A stretch of 64,000 nucleotides of DNA from Lentisphaeria bacterium (GTDB taxonomy: Bacteria > Verrucomicrobiota > Lentisphaeria > JABSQK01 > JAWLHB01). Where the stretch lies: assembly GCA_041690595.1 (NCBI GenBank), contig JAWLHB010000005.1:1-64000 (forward strand), in the 5' to 3' direction. This document shows, piece after piece, positions 49,629 through 58,838 of this stretch. The first letter of the stretch is position 1, and the number at the start of each line of letters is the position of its first letter. The position numbers were made by a program, and so were the translations under genes. The notes under the pieces are model-generated. The model had not been told where the DNA came from, did no database searches, and saw nothing but the letters and a program-made list of their open reading frames with translations.

Positions 49629-50174
49629 TCACCAGTGACCACATCGAAGTCGTCTGCACAGTGAGGCGCATTCCATGTGGTAGACCCAGGCGGCTTCGAC
49701 GCCCGTGTTGGCTCTGACGGCCACCAGGGTGCGACGGTAAAGTCCATGGCCATCCGGGCGGAACCCCTCGAGGCGGTCCAGCGGCGGCAGGTCGCGTTCC
49801 GGGTCCGGAAAGGTGATCAGCTCGCCGTGGACGGTGTCCCAGCCATCGGCGGCCTCCGGTATGACCAGCTCGCGCGCCGCGAACTCGGCCTGCGTTTCTG
49901 TATCCGCCAGCGGGTCGCCGGTGCCGACGGCCAGGACCGTCTCCTCGGGAATCTCCAGCGCCGGGAACCCGGCGGGCAGATCATAGAGGCGTCCGATAAT
50001 AGTGGCAAGACGGATGTCGATGGCGTGACGACAGAACCTGTCGTGGTTTGTTGCGCCCTGCCTGCGGCAGTGGCGGCCTTCGGCCAAGCCTGCGGCTTGC
50101 TCTCCGTTCGCTTCGCGAGCCGTAGTCCACCGCCCGCTTTTCAAGGTTCCGTAAACAAACAGTGTGATGGTCAT
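49629..50174 (-). CDS. Gamma-glutamylcyclotransferase (AIG2-like) with in-frame insertion
   Basis: LFVYGTLK, VHGEL, LDRLEG....LYRR, AWVY. Confidence 0.88.
   Translation of the reverse strand: MTITLFVYGTLKSGRWTTAREANGEQAAGLAEGRHCRRQGATNHDRFCRHAIDIRLATIIGRLYDLPAGFPALEIPEETVLAVGTGDPLADTETQAEFAARELVIPEAADGWDTVHGELITFPDPERDLPPLDRLEGFRPDGHGLYRRTLVAVRANTGVEAAWVYHMECASLCRRLRCGHW
50049..50126. repeat. 78-bp multi-hairpin palindromic element inserted in frame in the GGCT gene
   Basis: Four consecutive triloop hairpins: CTGCC-TGC-GGCAG, GGCC-TTC-GGCC, AAGCC-TGC-GGCTT, TCGC-TTC-GCGA. Confidence 0.7.
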
Positions 50175-50983
50175 GGGGTGATTCCTTTCGTTACGATAGT
50201 GCGCTGGCGTGACTGCGCGACAAAGGCGAGCCGGTGGGCTTCCGGGGCGAAAACGTCCTCGTGGCGGAAGACCAGCATGGTCATGGGGTCAACGACCATC
50301 GGCCGCCAGTCGTGCGGCTCGCGGTAGCTGGCGTCGATGGCGTCGTCGAGAACCGCCGCGTCGGTGGCATAGGCCACGGCGCGATGTCGGCGGCTGTAGC
50401 GGAACTCGAGCGGCTTGTTGCCCTTGAGTACCACCACCCGGCCCGGCGCGCCCACGGCGGCCAACACGGCCCCGATCTGGCCCCGGCACGGCGCGACCAA
50501 CCGCAGGAACGTTTCCGCATCGAGCATCCCGTCGCGAACGGCGGCATCGGCCAACCGGAAGAGCAGCTCGCTGTCCACCTCCGCCCCGCGCATCAGGCGC
50601 AGCCGCCGGAACAGGTCGTCGGCATTGTAGATGGTGCCGTTGTGCGTTCCGATGACCTGCCCGGCGCGGATCGGGTGGTTGTTCCGGTTGTTCTTCTCGG
50701 TGCCCCGCGTCCGCCAGCGGTTGTGGCCGATGATCGCCGTGGCCTTGTTGTCGAACCTGGTCAGCGCCTCGAAGAAGGCCTCGTGGTCGATGAACCGCCG
50801 GGCGGGCAGCGGGCGCTTGGCGATGGCGTGGTTGCCGTCGTCGCGCAGGACGGCGACCCCGGTGGCATGGGGCCCGCCGCGTTCCGAGCGCCAGAGCATC
50901 TCGGTGAAGATGTCCAGCAGGATGTCGTGCTCGGGAAAGCGGCGGCGCTTCCGGCCGAGAATTACACCTACCTGTCTGCACAT
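50171..50983 (-). CDS. Class II (Ntn) glutamine amidotransferase
   Basis: MC N-terminus after AAGGAGG RBS; G.HATG, GHNRWRT.G, NNHP, HNG.I.N, EVDSE. Confidence 0.88.
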   Translation of the reverse strand: MCRQVGVILGRKRRRFPEHDILLDIFTEMLWRSERGGPHATGVAVLRDDGNHAIAKRPLPARRFIDHEAFFEALTRFDNKATAIIGHNRWRTRGTEKNNRNNHPIRAGQVIGTHNGTIYNADDLFRRLRLMRGAEVDSELLFRLADAAVRDGMLDAETFLRLVAPCRGQIGAVLAAVGAPGRVVVLKGNKPLEFRYSRRHRAVAYATDAAVLDDAIDASYREPHDWRPMVVDPMTMLVFRHEDVFAPEAHRLAFVAQSRQRTIVTKGITP

Positions 50984-51114
50984 GATGCGTCCTCCTTCAG
51001 TTGATGGTTGGAGATGCAGCCAGGTCGGATGATGCCTAGTTGCCGCTCTCCCGCCGAGGCGGGATCGCTGCGGCCTGTGGCCGCCCGTCTCACTTCGTTC
51101 GGCTGCCTGCACAT
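50968..51114 (-). pseudogene. Interrupted duplicate of the GATase 5' end containing a 63-bp palindromic insert
   Basis: GAGGAG RBS then MCRQ-[insert 51040-51102]-LGII, paralleling MCRQVGVI of the intact gene; stops after 48 aa. Confidence 0.55.
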
Positions 51115-51428
51115 ACGGTGGTCTCCTCTGTTTCCGCTGGCTCCGGCAGCATGTCGTCGGGCAGGAACTCGATGCGCCCGTGCTGGGCCAGACGGGTCAG
51201 GAACTCGATGTCGGCGGTTTCCGCGTTATCGGGAAGCGGCCTGCGTTCCGGGCCTTCGGCATGCAGAAGGACCTCGTCGCGGTATTCGGCGACGGGCAGT
51301 TCCCCGCTGAACGGGGTCTGCAGGCGCATCAGCTCGACGATGGCGGACGGGGTTTCGGCGGCGATGATCGTCCCGCTGCCGGGGATCGATTTGCCGTCGG
51401 TTGTCTCGGGGTGGATCTGGATTCTCAT
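51090..51428 (-). CDS. Hypothetical protein of the amidoligase module
   Basis: 112 aa, GAGG RBS, located between the amidoligase and the GATase. Confidence 0.65.
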   Translation of the reverse strand: MRIQIHPETTDGKSIPGSGTIIAAETPSAIVELMRLQTPFSGELPVAEYRDEVLLHAEGPERRPLPDNAETADIEFLTRLAQHGRIEFLPDDMLPEPAETEETTVCAGSRTK

Positions 51429-51489
51429 GGCGTTGTCCTCTCGTTTGGGGCGAAGCGGGCGCGTTGGCCCGCCCCGCCCGGTTGTTGGT

Positions 51490-52395
51490 TCAGGCGTTGG
51501 CGTTGGCTGCCGTCTCGGGGCGTCCGTTCTTCCAGGCGGCGCTTCCCGGCATGTTGGCCATCAGGTGGAGGCGCGCGGTCTTGAACTCGTCGCCGATCAG
51601 CCCGAGGCGCAGGAGCCAGCATCGGAAATCGTACTTGGCGCTGGTGGCGCTGAATTCGCGCTTCTTGCTGGAGGCGGCGCGGGCGGTCAGGGCCTTGGCG
51701 GCGATGGCCAGGCAGAATTGGATGTAGGCCTTGACCTTCCCGGCGTGGAGCGTGGATTCGAAGTAGCGGAACTCGACCGTGCCCCGGTACCAGACATTGT
51801 GCAGGTTGACCCCGTGGTACCTCGAGCTGTCGTAGTGGTGCGGGTTGCTGTTGTGGTACCCGTACCAGAGGCGGTTGAGTTCGTCGGTCGTGGTCGGGCG
51901 GCTGGCCTCGATCTGGCGGATCAGGTGGTCTTCAACCGGGCGGGTGTAGCGGCGCTGGCGCGCGTCGCTGACCCCGAGGGCGTGGAGGATCAGGGGCTCC
52001 TGCTTGTAGACCATCTTGGCGAGGTTGCCCAGGCGTCGCCCGTCGAAGGGGGCGGCGTCGATGTGGATGTGAATCCCGCAGGTGGAATCCACCCGCGCCC
52101 CGGCGCGGCGAATGGCGCGAACGACCTCCTGGAGTTGCGCGATGTCGTCATATCCGAGAACCGGGCTTACAACCTCGGCCTGCAGGTTGCGCGGTACGTT
52201 GGTCAGGGAGGCGTCGGCCATCACCTTCCAGGTCCGCCCGCGCAGGTCGGTGATGTGCCAGGGATCGTAGCAGGCGGGCGTTCCGGCGTGGGTTACGGTT
52301 CCGCCGACCACCGAGTGGATCGCGTAGGCGACCTCGCGGCGGGTCTTCTTTACGGTCTCTACTTCAAGTCCGAATCTGATCTCGCGCAGGTCCAT
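51490..52395 (-). CDS. Phage-associated amidoligase (COOH-NH2 ligase, Amidoligase_2)
   Basis: [45 protein letters not shown]. Confidence 0.92.
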   Translation of the reverse strand: MDLREIRFGLEVETVKKTRREVAYAIHSVVGGTVTHAGTPACYDPWHITDLRGRTWKVMADASLTNVPRNLQAEVVSPVLGYDDIAQLQEVVRAIRRAGARVDSTCGIHIHIDAAPFDGRRLGNLAKMVYKQEPLILHALGVSDARQRRYTRPVEDHLIRQIEASRPTTTDELNRLWYGYHNSNPHHYDSSRYHGVNLHNVWYRGTVEFRYFESTLHAGKVKAYIQFCLAIAAKALTARAASSKKREFSATSAKYDFRCWLLRLGLIGDEFKTARLHLMANMPGSAAWKNGRPETAANANA

Positions 52396-52635
52396 TTTCT
52401 TACTCCTTGTTGTGTTGCAAGTTGTTGATCGGGAGTCGGTTGTATGTGTTTCTGTTCACGTTGACACCTTCGCTCCACACGGGCACACAGCAAGGCGTTC
52501 AGGCACACTTTCTTCGAGATTTCGAGAGATTTATCCTGTTTATAGAGAATGAGTTGCGAAACATGGCCGACAGTCCCGCCAGGACGCGGAGACACCCCTC
52601 GCGCGGACCGGAAAGACGGGCTGCCGAATCGGGGA

Positions 52636-55600
52636 TCAGCGGGCGAGCTGGTTGACCGGACTGGCGGGCGGCGCGCTGGCCCAGTCGAGGAAGATCTCGG
52701 CTTCCGGCCCCATGCCATCGGCATCGAACGCGGCGACGGCCAGGTGGAGCGGCCCGCTCTGCGTGAAGGCATGGAGATAGCTGCCGCGTCCGGCCGAGAA
52801 CGGCACGGTGGCCAACGGCTGTCCCGTGGTGTCGACCGGCGACGTGGCCCCGGTCCAGATGCCGAACTGGAAGACCTGCGGCAGCAACTCGGCGGCGATC
52901 TCCCAGCGCACCACCCGGCGTTGGTTGAGGATCTCCCCGCGAAGATTGAGGATGGCGGGCAGCCCGGCGTGAAGGATGCGGCCGTCCCGGATGCTGACGC
53001 TGGATGCTGCGCGGCCCCGGCAGTCGGTCCAGAACCATTCGGCGGGTCGAGGCTCGATCTGCCAGTCGCCGTCCGGCAGCGCCACGTCCACGAGCGTACC
53101 GCCCGCTGCGTCATTACCGGCGGGCACGAAGCCAAGGTCCAGTTCCTGTCCGGTCAAGGCATTGCGGGCGACCAGTCGCCAGCCCGCCTGGATGAAGGCA
53201 TCATGTCGGGACTGAACGGCGGCGGTCTGCGGGGCGCGAAGCGTGAGGCGCACGCGGTGCAGCGCGTCCTGCCGGGCCCGAGCCAGGTAAGGAATCGGGG
53301 TGCGGCTGCCGGTCGTGTCTCTGGCACTGGTAAGGTGCGGGATCGTCCAGACGAGCAGCTTCCGCGCACCGGGATGCTCCCCGGTGGTTACCCGGTTCAC
53401 GGCGCGGATATCGAAGAGGTCGCCGGAGGCGGTGAAGGTGGCCTTCGTTCCCGCCCCGAGACGCACGCCGTGGTCGGCATGCAGGCGCTCGACCAGCGCT
53501 TTCAGAAAGGCGGCACCGACAGTCGTCGTGGCGGAACGGGCATCGAAGCCGAGCACCGTGCGGGCGCAGTTGACTGCGTCCATGTCCCGCCGGACTCCGG
53601 CTCGAACGACACTCAGGACACGGGTCAACGCGATGATGTACTCGGCGTCCGCCCGGACCACTCGCAGCAGGCGATGCTGTGCCCGGGCATCGGCCCATGC
53701 CGCCGTGTTTGTCTCGGTGGTGTACCGGGTCGCCAGAGCGCGGGCCGGGGTGGCGGATCGCGCCAATTCCTGGTCCGCCGTCATTCTGGCACCGGCGGCC
53801 ATGCGCGTATCGGCTCGCAGGTCGCCTCGTGCCGCGATGGCCGCGCGTTGCCGGGGATCGATGTGCAGGAAGGTTCCCTGTCCGGCGTTCCAGAGCGCGG
53901 CGGCGAACACGTCCGGGTTCTCTGGGGCGGCATTCCAGACACAGGTTTCGTCGATCAACCCGTCCCAGGAGTTGCCGTAGCCGTAGGTGTCGTGCTCGTA
54001 GTCATAGGCCTGGCCGCAGCCCAGAGTGAATGGTGAGTATGGCTGTGCCAGGCCGCCGTTGCCGCTGTAGGTGCTGCCAGTCCCCGCAAGAACACCATTC
54101 AGATACAGGCGGACGTTGCCGCTGGCGTCATAGGTGAAGAAGACGTGATACCACTGCCCCGTCGCCAGGCTGCCGCTCTGCACGTAGGCGTTGTCCCAGT
54201 CGGGCGTCATGATGTTCAGGTAGAGACGGTTCTGGTAGCCGGTCGTGAGCATCCATGACCCCATGCCGCCCATCTCGTCGATGAAGCCGAGGACGCTCCG
54301 GTAGCCGAGGGAGTCGGCATGGAGCCAGGTCGAGACGCTGAGTTCGGCGTCCGGGCCGTGGCTGCCCAAACGTCCCAGGTCTTCCATGTCCCGGAAGAGC
54401 CCGTTGGCCTGCGCGTTCGAGAAGCGGTTGGCCTGGCCATCACGACCGGGCGCGGCGGCCGGAGCGTTGTGGGGCGTCAGGTGTTCGCCGGAGATCGCAT
54501 CGATCCGCTCGCCCGCGTCCTCCTCGAGCTTCCAGCAGGCGACCAGGTGCTCACCGATGGCATCGAGGATGGGGTTGCCGAACACCGTGCCGGGAAGCTG
54601 GCGGGCGGCGGGACGCACCGCGACGGCGGCACGGGTGGGATCGATGCCGAAAACGAAGTCGAAGCCGACCGGCGTGCGGGCAAGCGTCGGAACCCGCGCG
54701 GCGGGACGCGGCCCGGTCCCCTGGTAGTTGCGATAGGCGATGGCCTCGAAGCGGGCGGCAATGCCGGTCAGGACGGTATCCGCCAGCGCCACGATGCGAC
54801 GGCCATTGATGGCGATGGTGGAATGCCTGGCTGAAGCGTGCGCGTCGGTTCCTGCGGAAGCCAGGGCAATCCGTCGCACGACGGCCCGATGGGCAACCGC
54901 CGTCCGCACCGGGTTCAGATTCAGTGCGGAGATGCTCCTGAAGACGTCCACACGGTTGTGCCTGGCGATTGCCCTGGCCGTTGTTCTCGCCGCTGGAGAG
55001 CTTCGAACCAGGCGGGCGACCGCGTCAAGGCGGACAGCCGTTCCGGTCATAGTCTGTTCCATCATTGCCTGGAAGCGCTCCAGACGCGGTGTGGCTGTGG
55101 TCTGCCTTGCCGCCACGGCCATTCCAAAGGTGGCCCGGCGCGTCGTGTCGATCCGATAAAATGCGCCCCGGCCGCCATTCCAGAGGGCCGCCGCGAAGGC
55201 GTCGGGATCGGTCGGCGCGGTCTTCCAGACACAGGTCTCGTCGATGAGGCCATCCCAGGAGTTCCCGAAGCCGGTGGTGTCGTGCTCGTAGTCGTAGACC
55301 TGTCCGCAACCCAGCGTGAAGGGCGCGTACGGCTCGGCCAAGCCGCCGGTCCCGCCGTAGGTGTCGCCCGTCGCGGCCAGCGCCCCGTTTACGTAGAGCC
55401 GGAGATGGCCCGTGCTGGAGAAGGTGAAGACGAGGTTGTACCATTGCCCGGCGCTGATGCTGCCGGTCTGGACATAGGCGGAATCGTTCCAGTTGTCGGT
55501 GTTGATGTTGAGGTAGATGCGGTTCTGGTAGCCCAGCGACAGCGACCACGGTCCCATGCCGCCCATCTCGTCGATGAATCCGGCGATGCTGCGGTAGCCG

Positions 55601-57408
55601 ACCGAGTCCGCATACAGCCAGGTCGAGAAGGCGAGTTCAGCATCGGGACCGTGGCTGCCCAGGGGGCCAAGGGTCTCAAGCGCCCGGAAGAGCCCGTCTG
55701 ACTGGGCGTTCGAGAAGCGGTTGGCCTGGCCATTCATGCCCGGATCACTGATCGGCGCATTGTGCGGCGTCAGGTTTTCACCGGTGACCGCGTCGATCCG
55801 CTTGCCGGTGTTCTCTTCGAGCTTCCAGCAACAGACCAAATCGCCGCCAAGCAGATCGAGGATCGGACTCCCGAAGCCGCTGCCGGTCAGCAGGCGGGCA
55901 TCCGCACGATGGGCGAAGCCAGCATGGGACGGATTCAGGCCGAAAATGGACTCCAGGGTTTCTGTCCGGCGATAGTCCGTCCTCTTTCGGGCCGAGCTTC
56001 GCACGGCTGGGTGTGCCCGGACCAGGCGGGCCACGGCATCGAAGCGGGCGGTGGTGCCCGTCATCGCCAGGTTGGCTGTCGCCTCCAACCGCTCCCGTCG
56101 CAGGATGTCCATGTGCTGCCGCGCCGTGGCGGCGATGCCCGAGACAGTCCGGCGCGTGGTGTCGATGCGGTAGAATGCGCCACGTCCGCCGTTCCAGAGA
56201 GCGGCGGCGAAGGCGTCGGGATCGGCGGGGACCGCGTTCCAGACACAGGTTTCGTCAATCAGGCCGTCCCAGGAGTTCCCGAAGCCGGTGGTGTCGTGCT
56301 CGTAATCGTAGACCTGTCCGCAGCCGAGGGTGAAGGGCGAATAGGGTTCGGCCAGGCCGCCGGTCCCGCCGTAAGTGTCGCCCGTGGCTGCAAGCGTTCC
56401 GTTCACGTAGAGCCGGAGATGGCCGGTGCTGGAGAAGGTGAAGACGATGTTGTACCACTGCCCGGCGCTGATGCCGACGGTCTGGGCGTAGGCGTAGTCG
56501 TTCGAGTTGTATGTGTTGATGTTGAGATAGATGCGGTTCTGGTAGCCGAGCGACAGCGACCATGGCCCCATGCCGCCCATCTCGTCGATGAATCCGGCGA
56601 TGCTCCGGTAGCCGACCGTGTTGGCATAGAGCCATGTCGAGAATGCGATCTCCGTATCCGTTTCGTGCGCGCCCAGCGGCCCGAGAAGGGTCTGATCGCG
56701 ATACAGTCCGTGGGACGAGGCATTGACGAAGACACAGGCCTGGCCGTCCTTCCCGGCAGCGTTCGCGGGACCGTTGTGGGCCGACAGGTCTTCGCCCGAA
56801 ATCGCGTCGATGCGCGTGCCCGTGCCCTCTTCCAGCTTCCAGACGCACACCAGGTTGGGCTGCAGCGAATCGAGAGTGGGGTTGCCGAAGCCGGTCAATG
56901 CGGGTTGGCGACTGGCGAAGCGGGCGGCGACGATGCTCCGGTGAATGGGCTTGTCGACCGTCAGACGCACAACGGTGGATGTGCGGGAACGATCCGGGTC
57001 CGGCGCGAGCATCGTGGCGGCGGAAAGCGCCTGCTGAAGCTGTCGGACGGACGGACGGCAGCCGCTTCCGGTGCGCACCACCGGCATGCTTTCGGGCTCG
57101 AAGGCGATGCCGTGAAAGGTGAATCCGGCCGCGCCGTCGACGCCGTTGATCAGCGCGCAGTCGTTCCACCATTCATAGGTGTTGCCGTCGAAGAAGTGCC
57201 AGTCGTCGGGCATGTAGCCGAAGATCTCATACATCCCGGCGTACTGCGGATCGCGCGGCAGGTAGCCTTCGCAATAGGCCCCGGGCCCCGATCCGCCCGC
57301 CTGGTCCGGGGTGTAGTCGAAGACGACGAGCTGGCCGCCCAGCGTCGCCATCACCGCCTCCGGGAAGTTGGCGGTGGCCCCGCACATGGATGTGTTGAGA
57401 GTGATCAT
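52636..57408 (-). CDS. Large phage tail/adhesin-like protein with three LamG domains
   Basis: 1590 aa; three repeats of WKLEE...STW...WY....F.....LY.NG...GLIDE; lies at the end of the tail gene cluster. Confidence 0.8.
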   Translation of the reverse strand: MITLNTSMCGATANFPEAVMATLGGQLVVFDYTPDQAGGSGPGAYCEGYLPRDPQYAGMYEIFGYMPDDWHFFDGNTYEWWNDCALINGVDGAAGFTFHGIAFEPESMPVVRTGSGCRPSVRQLQQALSAATMLAPDPDRSRTSTVVRLTVDKPIHRSIVAARFASRQPALTGFGNPTLDSLQPNLVCVWKLEEGTGTRIDAISGEDLSAHNGPANAAGKDGQACVFVNASSHGLYRDQTLLGPLGAHETDTEIAFSTWLYANTVGYRSIAGFIDEMGGMGPWSLSLGYQNRIYLNINTYNSNDYAYAQTVGISAGQWYNIVFTFSSTGHLRLYVNGTLAATGDTYGGTGGLAEPYSPFTLGCGQVYDYEHDTTGFGNSWDGLIDETCVWNAVPADPDAFAAALWNGGRGAFYRIDTTRRTVSGIAATARQHMDILRRERLEATANLAMTGTTARFDAVARLVRAHPAVRSSARKRTDYRRTETLESIFGLNPSHAGFAHRADARLLTGSGFGSPILDLLGGDLVCCWKLEENTGKRIDAVTGENLTPHNAPISDPGMNGQANRFSNAQSDGLFRALETLGPLGSHGPDAELAFSTWLYADSVGYRSIAGFIDEMGGMGPWSLSLGYQNRIYLNINTDNWNDSAYVQTGSISAGQWYNLVFTFSSTGHLRLYVNGALAATGDTYGGTGGLAEPYAPFTLGCGQVYDYEHDTTGFGNSWDGLIDETCVWKTAPTDPDAFAAALWNGGRGAFYRIDTTRRATFGMAVAARQTTATPRLERFQAMMEQTMTGTAVRLDAVARLVRSSPAARTTARAIARHNRVDVFRSISALNLNPVRTAVAHRAVVRRIALASAGTDAHASARHSTIAINGRRIVALADTVLTGIAARFEAIAYRNYQGTGPRPAARVPTLARTPVGFDFVFGIDPTRAAVAVRPAARQLPGTVFGNPILDAIGEHLVACWKLEEDAGERIDAISGEHLTPHNAPAAAPGRDGQANRFSNAQANGLFRDMEDLGRLGSHGPDAELSVSTWLHADSLGYRSVLGFIDEMGGMGSWMLTTGYQNRLYLNIMTPDWDNAYVQSGSLATGQWYHVFFTYDASGNVRLYLNGVLAGTGSTYSGNGGLAQPYSPFTLGCGQAYDYEHDTYGYGNSWDGLIDETCVWNAAPENPDVFAAALWNAGQGTFLHIDPRQRAAIAARGDLRADTRMAAGARMTADQELARSATPARALATRYTTETNTAAWADARAQHRLLRVVRADAEYIIALTRVLSVVRAGVRRDMDAVNCARTVLGFDARSATTTVGAAFLKALVERLHADHGVRLGAGTKATFTASGDLFDIRAVNRVTTGEHPGARKLLVWTIPHLTSARDTTGSRTPIPYLARARQDALHRVRLTLRAPQTAAVQSRHDAFIQAGWRLVARNALTGQELDLGFVPAGNDAAGGTLVDVALPDGDWQIEPRPAEWFWTDCRGRAASSVSIRDGRILHAGLPAILNLRGEILNQRRVVRWEIAAELLPQVFQFGIWTGATSPVDTTGQPLATVPFSAGRGSYLHAFTQSGPLHLAVAAFDADGMGPEAEIFLDWASAPPASPVNQLAR
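53851..56853 (-). repeat. Three ~700-bp LamG-coding repeats (about 56149-56853, 55135-55839, 53851-54546)
   Basis: Near-identical stretches such as GFIDEMGGMG, YQNR.YLNI and YDYEHDT.G.GNSWDGLIDETCVW, visible at both DNA and protein level. Confidence 0.9.
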
Positions 57409-57425
57409 GCGTCAGCCCCCGGCGC

Positions 57426-57878
57426 TCAATCCCGGTCGAAGAACGCCTTGAAGCCGAACTCGCGCACCAGCCGCACGTAGCGCCGGGCCTCGCGTCGCCG
57501 CAGCTCGGTCAGCCACTGCGGTCCATGCGCGCTGCGGATGATCGAGTCCAGGTTGTCCCGGAGCCGGTCGTCGGCCTCGATCTTCCCGGCGGGCGTGTGC
57601 GGCAGATGGGCGTAATCCCAATCGTGGATGTCGAAGGCCTGGCGGCAGTCCAGTGCCCAGAGGCGGTCGGCGAAGAGACGCACCCAGCGCAGCCACCAAG
57701 GCAGAAAGCGGTCCAGCCAGCGCGGCCCCGCCCCGTTGCACATCCGGGCGCGCTCCTCCGGCGAAGCGTCCCAGTAGGAACGCAGCGCCCAGAGCCCGTC
57801 GGTGCCGGGCACGTCGCGCCGTTCGGCGATGTCCGCGTCCCGGTCGATGAGCGTCATGTCGTTCATCGGTTCGGTCAT
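57426..57878 (-). CDS. Phage protein with CNG.G / HD..Y / EAD motifs (phospholipase A2-like)
   Basis: MCNGAGP...C...FDIHDWDY...EAD..L. Confidence 0.6.
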   Translation of the reverse strand: MTEPMNDMTLIDRDADIAERRDVPGTDGLWALRSYWDASPEERARMCNGAGPRWLDRFLPWWLRWVRLFADRLWALDCRQAFDIHDWDYAHLPHTPAGKIEADDRLRDNLDSIIRSAHGPQWLTELRRREARRYVRLVREFGFKAFFDRD

Positions 57879-57914
57879 GGTGTCCTGCCTGTTCGGTTGA
57901 GGGTTGAAGGAGAT

Positions 57915-57963
57915 GCCTCCGCCACGGCCCGGAAGGAGGACGGAAAGAAACCGTGGCGGAGGC
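57915..57963. other. Intergenic 13-bp inverted repeat with a purine-rich loop
   Basis: GCCTCCGCCACGG ... CCGTGGCGGAGGC. Confidence 0.6.
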
Positions 57964-57969
57964 GTGGGA

Positions 57970-58743
57970 TCACTCGCCGCCCCCTCCGGCCGCAGCCGAC
58001 GGGAGGGTTCGGAACGGTTCGGTCACGGTCGCCGGGATCTGCCGACCGTCGGCATCCAGCAGCACCTCGACGGCCGCCAGTCCGGCTCCGGCGGGTGTGG
58101 CCCGGTAGACCTCCCGCAGGATGCCGTGGGCGGCTTCGCCGGTGGCCGTGATGCCCTCGACGATCATGCCCTTCCTGGCCTCGAGCGCCTTGCGCACCGC
58201 CTCGGCCGCAGCCGCCTTTTCGGCAGCGGGTGCCTCGGCCCAGACGGCGGCAAACTCGCTGTTGACCGTGCTGTCCACACCCCCGCCGGTGACGTAGGTG
58301 AACATCCCGTCGAGCGTCGCGTCGCGGCTGACTTCGCCGGTGAGCGGGTTGCGGGCCCAGCCGCCCAGCACCAGCCAGGCCTGGTCGACGTTGCCGAAGT
58401 CGCGCATGGAGTTCAGCAGGCCCACAGCCACGCCGCCTTCCATCGCGGGTTGGCCGTCGGGCAGGATCAGCGGCGTCCCGTCCGGGTTGCGCACCACGCG
58501 CTTGACCTGGGTGTACCCCGCCGCGCCGCTCTTCGGCACGTTGCCGAGGAAGTCGGCCACCACCGGTGAACCGCTGCGCACCTGCTCGAGTCTGACCGCC
58601 TCGGTCAGCGTGGCCAGGCGCGCCTGCATTTCGGTCTGGCTGAGGGTCTGCGTGCTCTGGCAGCCCGTCGCCGCCAGCATCAGCATTCCGGCACCGGCGA
58701 TCACCAGCGCCGCCATTCGATTCATCGTGTTCAGTTTCATCAT
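57970..58743 (-). CDS. Putative lipoprotein
   Basis: GAGGTG RBS; signal peptide ending in the lipobox-like AATG-C. Confidence 0.7.
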   Translation of the reverse strand: MMKLNTMNRMAALVIAGAGMLMLAATGCQSTQTLSQTEMQARLATLTEAVRLEQVRSGSPVVADFLGNVPKSGAAGYTQVKRVVRNPDGTPLILPDGQPAMEGGVAVGLLNSMRDFGNVDQAWLVLGGWARNPLTGEVSRDATLDGMFTYVTGGGVDSTVNSEFAAVWAEAPAAEKAAAAEAVRKALEARKGMIVEGITATGEAAHGILREVYRATPAGAGLAAVEVLLDADGRQIPATVTEPFRTLPSAAAGGGGE

Positions 58744-58838
58744 GCACCTCGCTTGTCTGTTGTTGGGTTTCGGTTCGTTGTCATCCGGTCGGGGGTCGGT
58801 GTGGTTCATGGTCCCATGGTTTGTTCTCCCTTCCGTGG

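Noticed and set aside
53851..56853. Diversity-generating retroelement TR/VR pair
   Set aside because: All repeats are in-frame coding domains, differences are not confined to adenines, and no reverse transcriptase is present in the window.
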